DNA of 64,000 nucleotides from Escherichia coli (GTDB lineage: Bacteria; Pseudomonadota; Gammaproteobacteria; Enterobacterales; Enterobacteriaceae): NCBI RefSeq assembly GCF_044647545.1, contig NZ_CP172818.1, one strand, 5' to 3'. Numbering within the stretch: position 1 is the stretch's first letter; every line of letters begins with the position of its first letter. The notes below the pieces were generated by a model. It made no database searches. It was not told the DNA's origin and saw nothing but the letters and a program-made list of their open reading frames with translations. Below, in pieces: positions 32,131-46,179 of this stretch. Made by a program: the position numbers and the translations under genes.

Positions 32131-32658
32131 ATGATTTTTCTCATGACGAAAGATTCTTTTCTTTTACAGGGCTTTTGGCAGTTGAAAGATAATCACGAAA
32201 TGATAAAAATCAATTCCCTGTCAGAGATCAAAAAAGTAGGCAATAACCCCTTCAAGGTTATCATTGATACCTATCACAATCATATCCTTGATGAAGAAGC
32301 GATTAAATTTCTGGAGAAATTAGATGCCGAGAGAATTATTGTTTTGGCACCTTATCACATCAGTAAACTAAAAGCTAAAGCGCCTATTTATTTTGTCAGC
32401 CGCAAAGAAAGTATCAAAAATCTTCTTGAGATTACTTATGGTAAACACTTGCCCCATAAGAATTCACAATTATGTTTTTCACATAATCAGTTCAAAATTA
32501 TGCAACTGATTCTGAAAAATAAAAATGAAAGCAATATCACGTCGACGCTCAATATTTCGCAACAAACATTAAAGATTCAGAAATTCAACATTATGTACAA
32601 ACTGAAACTAAGACGTATGAGCGACATCGTCACCCTGGGTATCACATCTTATTTTTAG
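32131..32658 (+). CDS. gadE: LuxR-family acid-resistance master regulator GadE
   Basis: Within ORF 32053..32658; start at MIFLMTKDSFLLQGFWQL gives 175 aa; about 800 bp AT-rich leader upstream. Confidence 0.9.
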   Translation: MIFLMTKDSFLLQGFWQLKDNHEMIKINSLSEIKKVGNNPFKVIIDTYHNHILDEEAIKFLEKLDAERIIVLAPYHISKLKAKAPIYFVSRKESIKNLLEITYGKHLPHKNSQLCFSHNQFKIMQLILKNKNESNITSTLNISQQTLKIQKFNIMYKLKLRRMSDIVTLGITSYF

Positions 32659-32996
32659 TCAGGACATAAGCAACTGAAATTGATGGCTGGCATGACGAGG
32701 GATGCAGATGCTGATTTCATTACCCCCGGTGATTACTAAAGGAGAGGCGAAAACGACTTTATTCCCCTGGTATATGTATCCACCAGTAGAACCCTTCGTT
32801 GCCCGAATGCTGGCAGGAACTGTTGGCAGAACGGCAACATTTTTTTTGTCGTTGACCTCACCATGTCGATCACTGTGCCTGTATCCCACCTTACTGGCTG
32901 ACAACCCCACTATGCCGCTGGTCTGTAAATCCCTCATATCTCTCCTCGCGCGCAATTTAAAGAACCGTTATTTCTCAAGAATTTTCAGGGACTAAA

Positions 32997-34154
32997 ATGA
33001 ACAGAAGAAGAAAGCTGTTAATACCGTTGTTATTCTGCGGCGCGATGCTCACCGCCTGCGATGACAAATCGGCGGAAAACGCCGCAGCCATGACGCCTGA
33101 GGTCGGTGTCGTCACACTCTCCCCCGGTTCGGTCAATGTGTTGAGCGAATTGCCCGGTAGAACCGTTCCTTATGAAGTTGCCGAGATACGTCCCCAGGTG
33201 GGCGGTATTATCATTAAACGCAACTTTATCGAAGGCGATAAAGTGAACCAGGGCGATTCGCTGTATCAGATTGATCCTGCACCTTTACAGGCCGAGCTGA
33301 ACTCCGCCAAAGGCACGCTGGCGAAAGCGCTCTCTACCGCCAGCAATGCCCGCATCACCTTTAACCGCCAGGCATCGTTGCTGAAGACCAACTACGTTAG
33401 CCGTCAGGATTACGACACCGCGCGCACCCAGTTGAATGAAGCAGAAGCCAATGTCACCGTCGCCAAAGCGGCTGTTGAACAGGCGACGATCAACCTGCAA
33501 TACGCGAATGTCACCTCGCCGATTACGGGCGTCAGCGGGAAATCGTCGGTGACCGTCGGCGCACTCGTTACCGCTAATCAGGCAGATTCGCTGGTTACCG
33601 TACAACGTCTGGACCCGATTTATGTCGATCTCACACAGTCGGTGCAGGATTTCTTGCGCATGAAAGAAGAGGTCGCCAGTGGGCAAATCAAACAGGTTCA
33701 GGGCAGTACGCCAGTACAGCTCAATCTGGAAAATGGTAAACGTTACAGCCAGACCGGCACGCTGAAATTCTCCGACCCGACGGTGGATGAAACCACGGGC
33801 TCCGTGACGTTACGGGCGATTTTCCCCAACCCAAATGGTGACTTGCTGCCTGGCATGTATGTCACGGCATTAGTGGATGAAGGTAGCCGCCAGAATGTAT
33901 TACTGGTGCCGCAGGAAGGCGTCACCCACAACGCCCAGGGTAAAGCAACGGCGCTCATTCTGGATAAAGACGATGTCGTGCAGCTACGCGAAATCGAAGC
34001 CAGCAAAGCCATCGGCGACCAGTGGGTTGTCACCTCTGGCTTGCAGGCTGGCGATCGGGTGATCGTTTCCGGTTTGCAACGCATTCGTCCGGGTATCAAA
34101 GCACGAGCAATTTCCTCCAGCCAGGAAAACGCCAGCACCGAATCGAAACAATAA
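32997..34154 (+). CDS. mdtE: RND efflux membrane fusion protein MdtE
   Basis: 385-aa ORF with lipoprotein signal (LLFCGAMLTAC) and HlyD-like sequence. Confidence 0.9.
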   Translation: MNRRRKLLIPLLFCGAMLTACDDKSAENAAAMTPEVGVVTLSPGSVNVLSELPGRTVPYEVAEIRPQVGGIIIKRNFIEGDKVNQGDSLYQIDPAPLQAELNSAKGTLAKALSTASNARITFNRQASLLKTNYVSRQDYDTARTQLNEAEANVTVAKAAVEQATINLQYANVTSPITGVSGKSSVTVGALVTANQADSLVTVQRLDPIYVDLTQSVQDFLRMKEEVASGQIKQVQGSTPVQLNLENGKRYSQTGTLKFSDPTVDETTGSVTLRAIFPNPNGDLLPGMYVTALVDEGSRQNVLLVPQEGVTHNAQGKATALILDKDDVVQLREIEASKAIGDQWVVTSGLQAGDRVIVSGLQRIRPGIKARAISSSQENASTESKQ

Positions 34155-34178
34155 CGTTGCAGGCTTAAGGGGACTTTC

Positions 34179-37100
34179 ATGGCTAACTATTTTATTGATC
34201 GCCCGGTTTTTGCCTGGGTACTTGCCATTATTATGATGCTTGCAGGCGGTCTGGCGATCATGAACTTACCGGTTGCGCAGTATCCGCAGATTGCGCCACC
34301 GACCATTACCGTCAGCGCTACCTATCCAGGTGCCGATGCGCAAACGGTAGAAGACTCGGTCACTCAGGTGATTGAGCAAAATATGAATGGGCTTGATGGC
34401 CTGATGTACATGTCTTCAACCAGCGATGCGGCAGGTAATGCCTCCATCACTCTGACCTTCGAGACGGGGACATCGCCTGATATCGCACAGGTTCAGGTGC
34501 AAAATAAACTGCAACTCGCTATGCCTTCATTACCTGAAGCGGTGCAGCAGCAGGGGATTAGCGTCGATAAGTCGAGCAGTAATATCCTGATGGTAGCGGC
34601 ATTTATTTCTGATAACGGCAGCCTCAACCAGTACGATATCGCGGACTATGTAGCGTCTAATATCAAAGACCCGCTAAGCCGTACCGCGGGCGTTGGTAGC
34701 GTACAGCTCTTTGGTTCCGAGTACGCCATGCGTATCTGGCTGGACCCGCAAAAACTCAATAAATATAACCTGGTACCTTCCGATGTTATTTCCCAGATTA
34801 AGGTGCAAAACAACCAGATTTCCGGTGGTCAACTGGGTGGCATGCCACAGGCGGCAGACCAGCAACTGAACGCCTCGATCATTGTGCAGACGCGTCTGCA
34901 AACGCCGGAAGAATTTGGCAAAATCCTGTTGAAAGTTCAGCAAGATGGCTCGCAAGTGCTGCTGCGTGATGTCGCCCGCGTCGAACTTGGGGCGGAAGAT
35001 TATTCCACCGTGGCGCGCTATAACGGCAAACCTGCTGCGGGGATCGCCATCAAACTGGCTGCCGGAGCAAACGCCCTGGATACCTCGCGGGCAGTCAAAG
35101 AGGAACTGAACCGTTTATCGGCTTATTTCCCTGCAAGCCTGAAGACGGTTTATCCTTACGACACCACACCGTTTATCAAAATTTCTATTCAGGAAGTTTT
35201 CAAAACGCTGGTTGAGGCTATCATCCTCGTCTTCCTGGTCATGTATCTGTTTTTGCAGAATTTCCGCGCCACAATCATCCCGACGATTGCCGTACCGGTG
35301 GTTATTCTCGGGACGTTTGCGATCTTGTCGGCGGTCGGTTTCACCATCAACACGTTAACTATGTTCGGGATGGTGCTGGCGATAGGGTTACTGGTGGATG
35401 ACGCCATCGTGGTGGTGGAGAACGTCGAGCGTGTCATTGCGGAAGATAAGCTACCGCCGAAGGAAGCGACGCATAAATCGATGGGGCAGATCCAACGTGC
35501 GCTGGTCGGGATTGCCGTTGTTCTTTCCGCAGTGTTTATGCCGATGGCCTTTATGAGCGGTGCAACCGGGGAGATCTACCGCCAGTTCTCCATCACGCTG
35601 ATCTCCTCCATGCTGCTTTCAGTATTTGTGGCAATGAGCCTGACCCCTGCCCTGTGCGCCACCATTCTGAAAGCCGCGCCGGAAGGCGGTCACAAACCTA
35701 ACGCCCTGTTCGCACGCTTCAACACGCTGTTTGAAAAATCAACTCAGCACTATACCGATAGCACCCGCTCGCTGTTGCGTTGTACCGGTCGCTACATGGT
35801 GGTCTACCTGCTGATTTGCGCCGGGATGGCGGTGCTGTTCCTGCGTACGCCGACCTCTTTCTTACCAGAAGAGGATCAGGGGGTATTTATGACCACCGCG
35901 CAGTTACCTTCCGGTGCCACCATGGTTAACACCACGAAAGTGCTGCAACAGGTGACGGATTATTATCTGACTAAAGAGAAAGATAATGTTCAGTCGGTGT
36001 TTACCGTTGGCGGCTTTGGCTTCAGCGGCCAGGGGCAAAACAACGGCCTGGCGTTTATCAGTCTCAAGCCGTGGTCTGAACGTGTCGGTGAGGAAAACTC
36101 GGTTACCGCGATCATTCAGCGGGCAATGATTGCGTTAAGCAGTATCAATAAAGCCGTCGTCTTCCCGTTCAACTTACCCGCGGTGGCTGAACTGGGTACC
36201 GCGTCAGGTTTTGATATGGAACTGCTGGACAACGGCAATCTGGGGCACGAAAAACTGACCCAGGCGCGAAACGAGCTGTTATCACTGGCAGCGCAATCAC
36301 CGAATCAGGTCATCGGGGTACGCCCGAACGGCCTGGAAGATACGCCGATGTTCAAAGTGAACGTCAACGCTGCGAAAGCCGAGGCTATGGGGGTGGCGCT
36401 GTCTGATATCAACCAGACAATTTCCACCGCCTTCGGCAGCAGCTACGTGAACGACTTCCTCAACCAGGGGCGGGTGAAAAAAGTGTATGTCCAGGCAGGC
36501 ACGCCGTTCCGTATGTTGCCGGATAACATCAACCAATGGTATGTACGCAACGCCTCTGGCACGATGGCACCGCTTTCTGCCTATTCGTCTACCGAATGGA
36601 CCTATGGTTCACCGCGACTGGAACGCTACAACGGCATCCCGTCAATGGAGATTTTAGGTGAAGCGGCGGCCGGGAAAAGTACCGGTGACGCCATGAAATT
36701 TATGGCAGACCTGGTCGCTAAACTTCCGGCAGGCGTCGGCTACTCATGGACCGGACTGTCGTATCAGGAAGCGTTATCCTCAAATCAGGCTCCCGCGCTG
36801 TATGCCATTTCACTGGTCGTGGTGTTCCTCGCCCTCGCCGCACTTTATGAGAGCTGGTCAATTCCGTTCTCGGTGATGTTGGTTGTACCGTTAGGCGTCG
36901 TTGGCGCATTAATGGCCACCGATCTACGCGGCTTAAGTAATGACGTCTACTTCCAGGTTGGTTTGCTGACCACCATCGGGCTTTCCGCCAAAAACGCCAT
37001 CCTGATTGTCGAATTTGCCGTTGAGATGATGCAGAAAGAAGGGAAAACGCCGATAGAGGCAATCATCGAAGCGGCGCGGATGCGTTTACGCCCAATCCTG

Positions 37101-37292
37101 ATGACCTCTCTGGCCTTTATTCTCGGCGTGCTGCCGCTGGTTATCAGTCATGGTGCCGGTTCTGGCGCGCAAAACGCGGTAGGTACCGGCGTGATGGGCG
37201 GGATGTTTGCCGCAACAGTGCTGGCAATTTACTTCGTTCCGGTCTTTTTCGTTGTAGTGGAACATCTCTTTGCCCGCTTTAAAAAAGCGTAA
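34179..37292 (+). CDS. mdtF: RND efflux pump MdtF (AcrB family)
   Basis: 1037-aa ORF, AcrB-like 12-TM transporter, directly downstream of mdtE. Confidence 0.9.
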   Translation: MANYFIDRPVFAWVLAIIMMLAGGLAIMNLPVAQYPQIAPPTITVSATYPGADAQTVEDSVTQVIEQNMNGLDGLMYMSSTSDAAGNASITLTFETGTSPDIAQVQVQNKLQLAMPSLPEAVQQQGISVDKSSSNILMVAAFISDNGSLNQYDIADYVASNIKDPLSRTAGVGSVQLFGSEYAMRIWLDPQKLNKYNLVPSDVISQIKVQNNQISGGQLGGMPQAADQQLNASIIVQTRLQTPEEFGKILLKVQQDGSQVLLRDVARVELGAEDYSTVARYNGKPAAGIAIKLAAGANALDTSRAVKEELNRLSAYFPASLKTVYPYDTTPFIKISIQEVFKTLVEAIILVFLVMYLFLQNFRATIIPTIAVPVVILGTFAILSAVGFTINTLTMFGMVLAIGLLVDDAIVVVENVERVIAEDKLPPKEATHKSMGQIQRALVGIAVVLSAVFMPMAFMSGATGEIYRQFSITLISSMLLSVFVAMSLTPALCATILKAAPEGGHKPNALFARFNTLFEKSTQHYTDSTRSLLRCTGRYMVVYLLICAGMAVLFLRTPTSFLPEEDQGVFMTTAQLPSGATMVNTTKVLQQVTDYYLTKEKDNVQSVFTVGGFGFSGQGQNNGLAFISLKPWSERVGEENSVTAIIQRAMIALSSINKAVVFPFNLPAVAELGTASGFDMELLDNGNLGHEKLTQARNELLSLAAQSPNQVIGVRPNGLEDTPMFKVNVNAAKAEAMGVALSDINQTISTAFGSSYVNDFLNQGRVKKVYVQAGTPFRMLPDNINQWYVRNASGTMAPLSAYSSTEWTYGSPRLERYNGIPSMEILGEAAAGKSTGDAMKFMADLVAKLPAGVGYSWTGLSYQEALSSNQAPALYAISLVVVFLALAALYESWSIPFSVMLVVPLGVVGALMATDLRGLSNDVYFQVGLLTTIGLSAKNAILIVEFAVEMMQKEGKTPIEAIIEAARMRLRPILMTSLAFILGVLPLVISHGAGSGAQNAVGTGVMGGMFAATVLAIYFVPVFFVVVEHLFARFKKA

Positions 37293-37654
37293 CGTGTAAA
37301 TGAGAGTAAGGTTGAACGTGAGGGTTCAGCCTTACTCTTTCCTGCTAACCATTCACCACTCAACAACCAGCTAACCGTCAGGAATACCAGGCTTAGTACA
37401 CAGCACTGAAAGTAGAAACCACTCCAGCCATTCGTCATCAATTTAAACAACACAATACTGACCCACATTCCCGTAATCGTATGAATTGTCAGCTTAATAA
37501 TCCCAAACATGCCGAGTCTTTTCCTCCTGAAAATACCTATACCGCCTGGCAAACTGCGAAAGAGAACTAGCCGGTAGCCCGGCAGAAATCATCAGGGAAG
37601 AGTTTCACATGAAGCAGGTGTGAGATCCTGACCAATATTCAAATGCAAAATATG

Positions 37655-38383
37655 TCAGGAAAAGGTACCTGGCGAATGTTGCGCAAACTGATGTGGCGTT
37701 ACACCATAATATTGTCGAAATGTGTTTATAAAGTACGACGTACTGCTATAGCCACATTTTTCCGCAATAGTATGCAGAGGAATTTGACGTAACTCGAGTA
37801 ATCGTCTGGCCATCGACATCCTGGAGGCGAGTAATATTTTACTGAAACAGGTATTTTCATCCTGCAACTTTTTTTTGATGAGACTCTCGCTGGTATACAT
37901 TCTTTCCGCAATATCGCGCAGATACCAACGTTTGGCGATATCAAAGCTAATAAGGCGTTCAACTTTTCCTGAAACAGTACTGATACTATTGAAAAGTAAG
38001 GGGATCAGTTCTTTCTTATGAGAAAACATCGATAAACAGGAAAGATAGAGCATTTTGCTCAATATCGGCGAATTTACCCCGGAGTCATTGAAACTATCAA
38101 AAATCGCCGTCACCAGCGGCATGGGGGGTGACTGGTTAATTAACAGACGGTCTTTGCTATGTAACCCTAAATTGCGTGGTATCTGACGAATATTTTGTAA
38201 GTAATGGCAAACTGTCAGCTCATCGATATCCAGTCGTCGTGTATCCGGTGAACAAAACGCAAAATCGTCTGCCAAATTTTTATCCAGTAACAGGATACTC
38301 TCGTTATGCAACGATATTTTTTGCTGTTCATGATGAATATCGAATGAACGACGAACGAGGATCACCGAGCAGACATGAGTCAT
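37655..38383 (-). CDS. gadW: AraC-family regulator GadW
   Basis: 242-aa ORF with C-terminal AraC-type HTH; synteny with gadX. Confidence 0.9.
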   Translation of the reverse strand: MTHVCSVILVRRSFDIHHEQQKISLHNESILLLDKNLADDFAFCSPDTRRLDIDELTVCHYLQNIRQIPRNLGLHSKDRLLINQSPPMPLVTAIFDSFNDSGVNSPILSKMLYLSCLSMFSHKKELIPLLFNSISTVSGKVERLISFDIAKRWYLRDIAERMYTSESLIKKKLQDENTCFSKILLASRMSMARRLLELRQIPLHTIAEKCGYSSTSYFINTFRQYYGVTPHQFAQHSPGTFS

Positions 38384-38629
38384 GACTATCCCTTATATTT
38401 CATTGCTGCGATTATTTCAATTTCAGTATACTAATGAAATGATGCCTGACTGTTTCTTAGCGCAAAAACTGCCAGATTTGGTAGGACCAAAATTTATCCA
38501 CAAAGTAGTTTTGCATAACAGTTAATTGATAATAAGTAAATGCAACACGAATATATTTTCGCACAGCGTATAGCTTATGTTTATAAAAAAATGGCTGATC
38601 TTATTTCCAGTAAAAGTTATATTTAACTT

Positions 38630-38735
38630 ACTGAGAGCACAAAGTTTCCCGTGCCAACAGGGAGTGTTATAACGGTTTATTAGTCTGGAGACGGCAGACT
38701 ATCCTCTTCCCGGTCCCCTATGCCGGGTTTTTTTT
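38630..38735 (+). ncRNA. gadY: GadY small RNA, antisense to the gadX 3' end
   Basis: Sequence ACTGAGAGCACAAAGTTTCCCGTGCCAACAGGGAGTGTTATAACGG...CCGGTCCCCTATGCCGGG followed by T8 matches my recollection of GadY; lies on the strand opposite gadX/gadW and ends at a terminator abutting the gadX stop. Confidence 0.75.
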
Positions 38736-38751
38736 ATGTCTGAGTAAAACT

Positions 38752-39576
38752 CTATAATCTTATTCCTTCCGCAGAACGGTCAGTGCCGTAAAAATTCCCT
38801 TGCGCAGCCATACTTGCCGCCGGGCCACAGTTCGGTAATTCCTGCGCCGATCGCTCCTGATACTCTGTGGGCGTCATCCCATAATAATTTCGAAAAACGT
38901 AAATGAAATACGACACGCTGTGATATCCACAGGATACTGCAACTCGCTTAATTGAAACCCCATATATAACAATAAGTTGTAAAGCACGCTGCATCCTACA
39001 CTCAGTAAGCAACTGTGAATATGACGTACCTTCTTCGCGCAATTTTTTCTTTAACAGGCTTGGACTCATCAACAATTCGCTAGCGATTCGGGCTAATGTC
39101 CACTCATGGGCGATATTATTATTGATGACCGTACAAACTCGTGTTCGCATATTCGGTTGCAACACGTTCAGAAGTAACGGTATAAACTGCGTATCCTCAA
39201 GAAAAACAGATAACAACGCAAAGATTAATGCCCTTTTACGTAGCATTTCTGCATAGCGAAGATTCTTATTCTGCGACAGTTGCGCAACTTCCTGAAAAAC
39301 AGGAATATCTCTGGTACAGTGATGAACGAGTAATGAAGGAACTTTTTTATGTGCATGAAGTTTTAATGCCTCCTCCTTGAGCATCGGGAGAAATAATGAA
39401 AGCGTGTCTCTTGAAACTAATACGAAATTCTCAACACACTTATCCACTTGAATTTGGCTTGCATCCGCAAAAACCAGATCACCGCCATTAAAATAGCGAT
39501 ATTCACCATTAACCATGGTGAGAATATATTTATGTCTTGCGTACGCAATTAGACAATTACCATGTAGTGGTTGCAT
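38752..39576 (-). CDS. gadX: AraC-family regulator GadX
   Basis: 274-aa ORF MQPLHGNCLIAYARHKYILTMVNGEYRYF... with AraC-type HTH. Confidence 0.9.
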   Translation of the reverse strand: MQPLHGNCLIAYARHKYILTMVNGEYRYFNGGDLVFADASQIQVDKCVENFVLVSRDTLSLFLPMLKEEALKLHAHKKVPSLLVHHCTRDIPVFQEVAQLSQNKNLRYAEMLRKRALIFALLSVFLEDTQFIPLLLNVLQPNMRTRVCTVINNNIAHEWTLARIASELLMSPSLLKKKLREEGTSYSQLLTECRMQRALQLIVIYGVSIKRVAVSCGYHSVSYFIYVFRNYYGMTPTEYQERSAQELPNCGPAASMAAQGNFYGTDRSAEGIRL

Positions 39577-39944
39577 AGTTGACTTAATATTACATAAACA
39601 TATTACTGTTTATTAATGTAGCACGCCGCCCTCTTAAGTCAAATTGATTGATAAATAAATTTAAACGAAGCGGGAGAACAGGATGATAATGTGTGATGTT
39701 CTACGGGCAGGATGACTGGATTTATAATACAAAAACGTGTTTAAGAACGCAGGGAAATTAATAGTAAGCAAATAATCCCTTTTCGTTACATTAAATATAA
39801 TCGCTACATTTAATAAACATTCATATAACATATATCTTATCAACACGATGAATAGACAGCCAATATATTATTGCGATTAATAAGCAACCGAATGCCCAGC
39901 TGTTTTTTAAAGGTTGGGCATTCGGTTTTTACAACGTTATGTTA

Positions 39945-41345
39945 TCAGGTATGTTTAAAGCTGTTCTGCTGGGCAATACCCTGCAGTTTCGGGTGGTCGC
40001 TGAGATATTTCAGGGAGGCTTTGTAGTCTTCCAGCAACAGTTCAGCAAAGTCCATTTCGAAGCCGCGACGACACATAATGCGCATCACCACGATGTCAGT
40101 GGCTTCACCGCCGAGAGTGAAGGCCGGAACCTGCCAGCCGCGCAGACGCAGACGTTCAGAGAGGTCGTAGAGGGTGTATCCTGGATCTTCACCATCTTTC
40201 AGTTTGAAGCAAACCGCCGGGATGCCTTCGTCCGGGCGACCGGTACAGATGAACTCATACGGCCCCAGTTTGGCGATTTCATCCGCCAGATAAGCGGCAA
40301 CCTGGTAGGAAGCGTTCTGTACTTTGGTATAGCCTTCACGACCGAGGCGCAGGAATTCATAGTACTGTGCAATCACCTGACCCGCCGGGCGGGAGAAGTT
40401 GATGGCGAAAGTACCAATCTGACCGCCGAGGTAGTCAACGTTGAACACCAGTTCCTGCGGCAGCGCTTCTTCATCACGCCAGATAACCCAGCCGCAGCCC
40501 AGCGGAGCCAGACCGAATTTATGGCCTGAAGCACTGATCGATTTCACACGCGGCAGGCGGAAGTCCCAGACGATATCCGGGGCGACGAACGGTGCCAGGA
40601 AGCCACCGCTGGCGGCGTCGATGTGCATGTCGATGTCGATACCGGTGTCGGCCTGGAATTTATCCAGCGCATCGTGCAGCGGCTGCGGGAACTCATAGTT
40701 ACCGGTGTAGGTCACGCCGAAAGTCGGCACCACGCCGATGGTATTTTCGTCGCAGGCTTCAATCATGCGTTTCGGGTCCATAAACAACTGACCGGGGCGC
40801 ATAGGGATCTCACGCAACTCCACATCCCAGTAGCGGGCGAATTTATGCCAGCAGATTTGTACCGGACCGCACACCAGGTTTGGTTTATCCGTTGGTTTGC
40901 CTGCGGCTTCCATACGCTTGCGCCAACGCCATTTCATCGCCATCCCGCCGAGCATACAGGCCTCGGAAGAACCAATGGTGTTGGTGCCAACGGCCTGACC
41001 ATTTTTCGGTGCAGGCGCATGCCACAGATCGGCAACCATGTTTACGCAACGCAGGTCGATTGCAGCGGATTGCGGATATTCTTCTTTGTCGATCCAGTTT
41101 TTATTGATCGACAAATCCATCAATTTATGGACGTTTTCGTCGTCCCAGGTCTGGCAGAAAGTGGCCAGGTTCTGACGAGCGTTGCCATCAAGATATAATT
41201 CATCATTGATAATCTGAAATGCAACATCATCGCGCATTTCGTGCAGCGGAAATCGTTTTGACTCCGCGATAGTAGAAATGGCCTTTGCACCAAAACGTGA
41301 ATCGAGTAGTTCTGAGCGGAAATCCGTTAACAGCTTCTGGTCCAT
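39945..41345 (-). CDS. gadA: glutamate decarboxylase A (PLP-dependent)
   Basis: ORF 39945..41408; start at [40 protein letters not shown] gives 466 aa; PLP-lysine region [10 protein letters not shown]. Confidence 0.95.
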   Translation of the reverse strand: MDQKLLTDFRSELLDSRFGAKAISTIAESKRFPLHEMRDDVAFQIINDELYLDGNARQNLATFCQTWDDENVHKLMDLSINKNWIDKEEYPQSAAIDLRCVNMVADLWHAPAPKNGQAVGTNTIGSSEACMLGGMAMKWRWRKRMEAAGKPTDKPNLVCGPVQICWHKFARYWDVELREIPMRPGQLFMDPKRMIEACDENTIGVVPTFGVTYTGNYEFPQPLHDALDKFQADTGIDIDMHIDAASGGFLAPFVAPDIVWDFRLPRVKSISASGHKFGLAPLGCGWVIWRDEEALPQELVFNVDYLGGQIGTFAINFSRPAGQVIAQYYEFLRLGREGYTKVQNASYQVAAYLADEIAKLGPYEFICTGRPDEGIPAVCFKLKDGEDPGYTLYDLSERLRLRGWQVPAFTLGGEATDIVVMRIMCRRGFEMDFAELLLEDYKASLKYLSDHPKLQGIAQQNSFKHT

Positions 41346-41424
41346 TTCGAACTCCTTAAATTTATTTGAAGGCAATAAAAAAGTAGGATTTATCCGCAAT
41401 GGAAGCAAGGCATTACAGGCTTAA

Positions 41425-41444
41425 TTTAAATAACAAAATCCTAA
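41425..41444 (-). promoter_or_regulatory. GAD box (GadX/GadW binding site) upstream of gadA
   Basis: Minus-strand sequence TTAGGATTTTGTTATTTAAA matches the 20-bp GAD box as I recall it, about 80 bp upstream of the gadA start. Confidence 0.7.
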
Positions 41445-41555
41445 GCAGAAAAACGACCTTTTATAATATAAACATTTAATATGATAATATTAAAAACAGA
41501 CTTTATTATCGTAATAAAAATCGCCCAAACACTCCTGTTCGGGCGATCAAATTAA

Positions 41556-42953
41556 TTATTGTTTATCCTGCATATACGGCGTGTAAACCCCGTTCAGACT
41601 GTGCAGGAAAGCTACGATATCATCCACATCCTCCTGCGGCAGCTCTTTGCCTACCTGATAGCGCAGCATCAGTTTCACCGCCCCGTCCAGCGTCGGCACG
41701 TCACCGCGATGGAAGTACGGTGCCGTTAAAGCAACGTTACGTAAACCGGGTACTTTCTGACGCAATTTATCACGCTCTTCTTTAGTAACATTCATACGAC
41801 CAATATCCGCCGCCGTAATTTCACCAAAGTTAAAGTCTTTTTTCAGCCCCAACGGTTCAAAGGAACGTCCGCCGAGAATAATACCACCATGACAAGTTGC
41901 ACATTTATTATCTTTAAATAATTGATAGCCTTTTTTCTGTTGCGCCGTCAGAGCATTCTCATCTCCACGCAACCATTTATCAAATGGGGAATCCGGCGTA
42001 ATTAATGTTTTCTCAAATTCAGCAATGGCATCAGTAATATTTTCGCCACTGAAACCTTGCGGATAGACTTCGAGGAACTGCGCTTTAAGCTGCGGATCTT
42101 TTTCCAGCTTAGCAATAATTTCGTCCCAGGATTTCGACGCCATTTCAATCGGGTTCAACGGCGGTCCACCAGCCTGATCCTGCAATGTTGCCGCACGACC
42201 ATCCCAGAACTGCTCAACGTTAAATACTGAGTTAAATACCGTCGGCGCGTTAATCGGCCCCACTGCGCCACCAACACCAATCGATGTTTTTCTGCCATCG
42301 ACGCCCCCCGCATTCAACGCATGGCAATGAGCGCATGAAATGGTGCTATCAGCCGATAAACGGGGATCGTGATACAGCGCAAAACCCAACGCCACTTTTT
42401 GCGCATCGGTAGGCAGTTTTTGCGGGATGGGCTGCACCGGTTCATTGCGATGCTCCGGAGCAGTATCATTGCTGGCGTAATATTCCGCGCGCTGTTTTGC
42501 AATCCAGGCCAGTATTTCCGCCCGCTCTTCATCACTCACCTTACCCGCCCAGTGTAGCGCGGTATAACGCGTTGGCGGCATAGTTTCATACTGCATCACC
42601 CATTCAATCTTATTCAGATCGCTTTGCGAAACGGGTTTATTAGCCAGCAGAGCCGCACGCACGGCCTCGAGGTTAAAAGATTTATATCCAAGCTTTATGT
42701 CGTAATCCATCAACTGTTTCGCGCCGGGAATATAATAATAGGCGGGTAATTCTGCCGAAGGTGTATGGCAATAGTCGCATCCTTTTTCACGGAGAAAGCC
42801 TAAAACCTTATTATTTTCACTGACAGCAGATGCCTGAACATCGGCCTGTTTACTGCGTTTATTATCGTGGTACCACACATAACCAGATAACCCTAAATAG
42901 CAAATCGCGACGCCAGCCAGGCCGATCGCGGTAATACGTGAGACCATTTTCAT
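41556..42953 (-). CDS. yhjA: di-heme cytochrome c peroxidase YhjA
   Basis: 465-aa ORF with CxxCH heme-binding motifs (CDYCH, CAHCH, CATCH). Confidence 0.9.
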   Translation of the reverse strand: MKMVSRITAIGLAGVAICYLGLSGYVWYHDNKRSKQADVQASAVSENNKVLGFLREKGCDYCHTPSAELPAYYYIPGAKQLMDYDIKLGYKSFNLEAVRAALLANKPVSQSDLNKIEWVMQYETMPPTRYTALHWAGKVSDEERAEILAWIAKQRAEYYASNDTAPEHRNEPVQPIPQKLPTDAQKVALGFALYHDPRLSADSTISCAHCHALNAGGVDGRKTSIGVGGAVGPINAPTVFNSVFNVEQFWDGRAATLQDQAGGPPLNPIEMASKSWDEIIAKLEKDPQLKAQFLEVYPQGFSGENITDAIAEFEKTLITPDSPFDKWLRGDENALTAQQKKGYQLFKDNKCATCHGGIILGGRSFEPLGLKKDFNFGEITAADIGRMNVTKEERDKLRQKVPGLRNVALTAPYFHRGDVPTLDGAVKLMLRYQVGKELPQEDVDDIVAFLHSLNGVYTPYMQDKQ

Positions 42954-43060
42954 TATTCTTCCCTCACGGTGGTGAGTTATTGTGACCCAGAAAATTTTCC
43001 AGAATGCTGCAAACGTCTCTGCGAGACAAAGCCATCATAAAAAACAGGGAGATATGCTTT

Positions 43061-43074
43061 TTGATAGGAATCAA
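43061..43074. promoter_or_regulatory. FNR-type binding site upstream of yhjA
   Basis: TTGATAGGAATCAA is a perfect TTGAT-N4-ATCAA palindrome about 108 bp upstream of the yhjA start. Confidence 0.55.
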
Positions 43075-43327
43075 TCAATTACATGAATATAAACTATCAA
43101 TAAGATAGCCAGTGCCTATTACCCAGATCAGGAATGGCATATCATGATTGCGGCGAGAGCAGGATTGAATGTTCTGAAAATGAAAAACAACACGAAATCC
43201 GTATTTTTATAAATTCCATTGATATTAGTGCGTTATATTTTTTGGCAGGTTAATAAACGTGATCCACCGCACGCTTTGTCGCCCACCAGGCGGAGCGAAT
43301 GACTACCCTTAAAGAAAAGCCCGATAA

Positions 43328-45007
<1,680 letters not shown>

Positions 45008-45057
45008 TATTTTTACAGCCAGCCGCTAACTTCCTGCTGGCTGTAAAATTATCCTCT

Positions 45058-45660
45058 TCAGGAGGAGATATTTAACATCATTGCCGCCTGGGTGCGATTT
45101 TTCACTTCCAGACGGCGATACAGGGATTCCAGATGCGCTTTTACCGTTCCGGTACTGATATTCAGCGCCCTGCCGATCTCCTTATTTGATTCGCCCGCCG
45201 CTAACATGGTTAAAATCTCCCGCTGGCGGGCGCTTAACGATTTGAGATCTTTAATGTCCTTTTCCGGCGTCGTCCGCCAGTCTCCAGGCAGAAACATCAT
45301 CCCCATCGCCGCACTATTTACCGCCAACGCAAATGTCTCGACGGTTGAATCACGAGGCACAATGGCCAGCACATTAAAATGGATAACTTCCTGTAACCAC
45401 CGTTTATTGCAATCCGTCGCCGTAATTAACACCTTAATCTCAGGAAATTGCACCACGGTTTTTTGCAGCAACCAGTAGCAAAACTCACCATCCTGATCGC
45501 CATCGAGCATCACTAAGGCTTCAGGGTAACTTTCCAGCTTTTGCCATAACTCGTCTGCCTGACTGGCCCCCTGAATACTCACTCCTGGAATACGCTGCTG
45601 TAAACTGATTTTCATTCCATGAATAAATATTGACTGCCTGTCAAACATGACTATTTGCAT
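45058..45660 (-). CDS. yhjB: LuxR/FixJ-family response regulator-like protein YhjB
   Basis: 200-aa ORF with C-terminal LuxR-type HTH (EILTMLAAGESNKEIGRALNISTGTVKAH). Confidence 0.85.
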   Translation of the reverse strand: MQIVMFDRQSIFIHGMKISLQQRIPGVSIQGASQADELWQKLESYPEALVMLDGDQDGEFCYWLLQKTVVQFPEIKVLITATDCNKRWLQEVIHFNVLAIVPRDSTVETFALAVNSAAMGMMFLPGDWRTTPEKDIKDLKSLSARQREILTMLAAGESNKEIGRALNISTGTVKAHLESLYRRLEVKNRTQAAMMLNISS

Positions 45661-46179
45661 AACTGAATCTCCACCTGAATATGTTAAAAAGACTTAAGTA
45701 GTGGAAGGGTATTACCCGCGAGAAAAAATAAGAATTCGTCATTTGGCGGTGGCCATTCTACAGAGATGACGCGTAGAAAATAGTTGCCGATATAAATAGT
45801 TACAGCTAAACGCCTGAAATTACATGTCGAGGGCACTATTTAAAACAATTTTGCGGATTTCCTTATATTGATGGTTAGTACGCATGCAATTAAAAATGAA
45901 ACTCCGCGACCACAAGCAAAAATAACAAATGGCAATGAGACAAAAATAAGCACAAATGGCCAACACGTCCTCTGTTCACTTTAAAGGGAATCGCTGAAAA
46001 AAACGCTCTATTTAGGGAAATTCACCTTTCTCATAAAGCTATTCCGCCCTTTTCCTGCTGGGAAATCGCCACATTCGTCATGACAACATTGTGAAACCCG
46101 GCATTAGATGTTAGAAAAAACAATAAACATTGCGATATTCGCGTTACTGTTTCGCTGTGAACAACAATCGGTCAAAGAA

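Noticed and set aside
40623-41198. 191-aa + strand ORF inside gadA
   Set aside because: Antisense to gadA; spurious.
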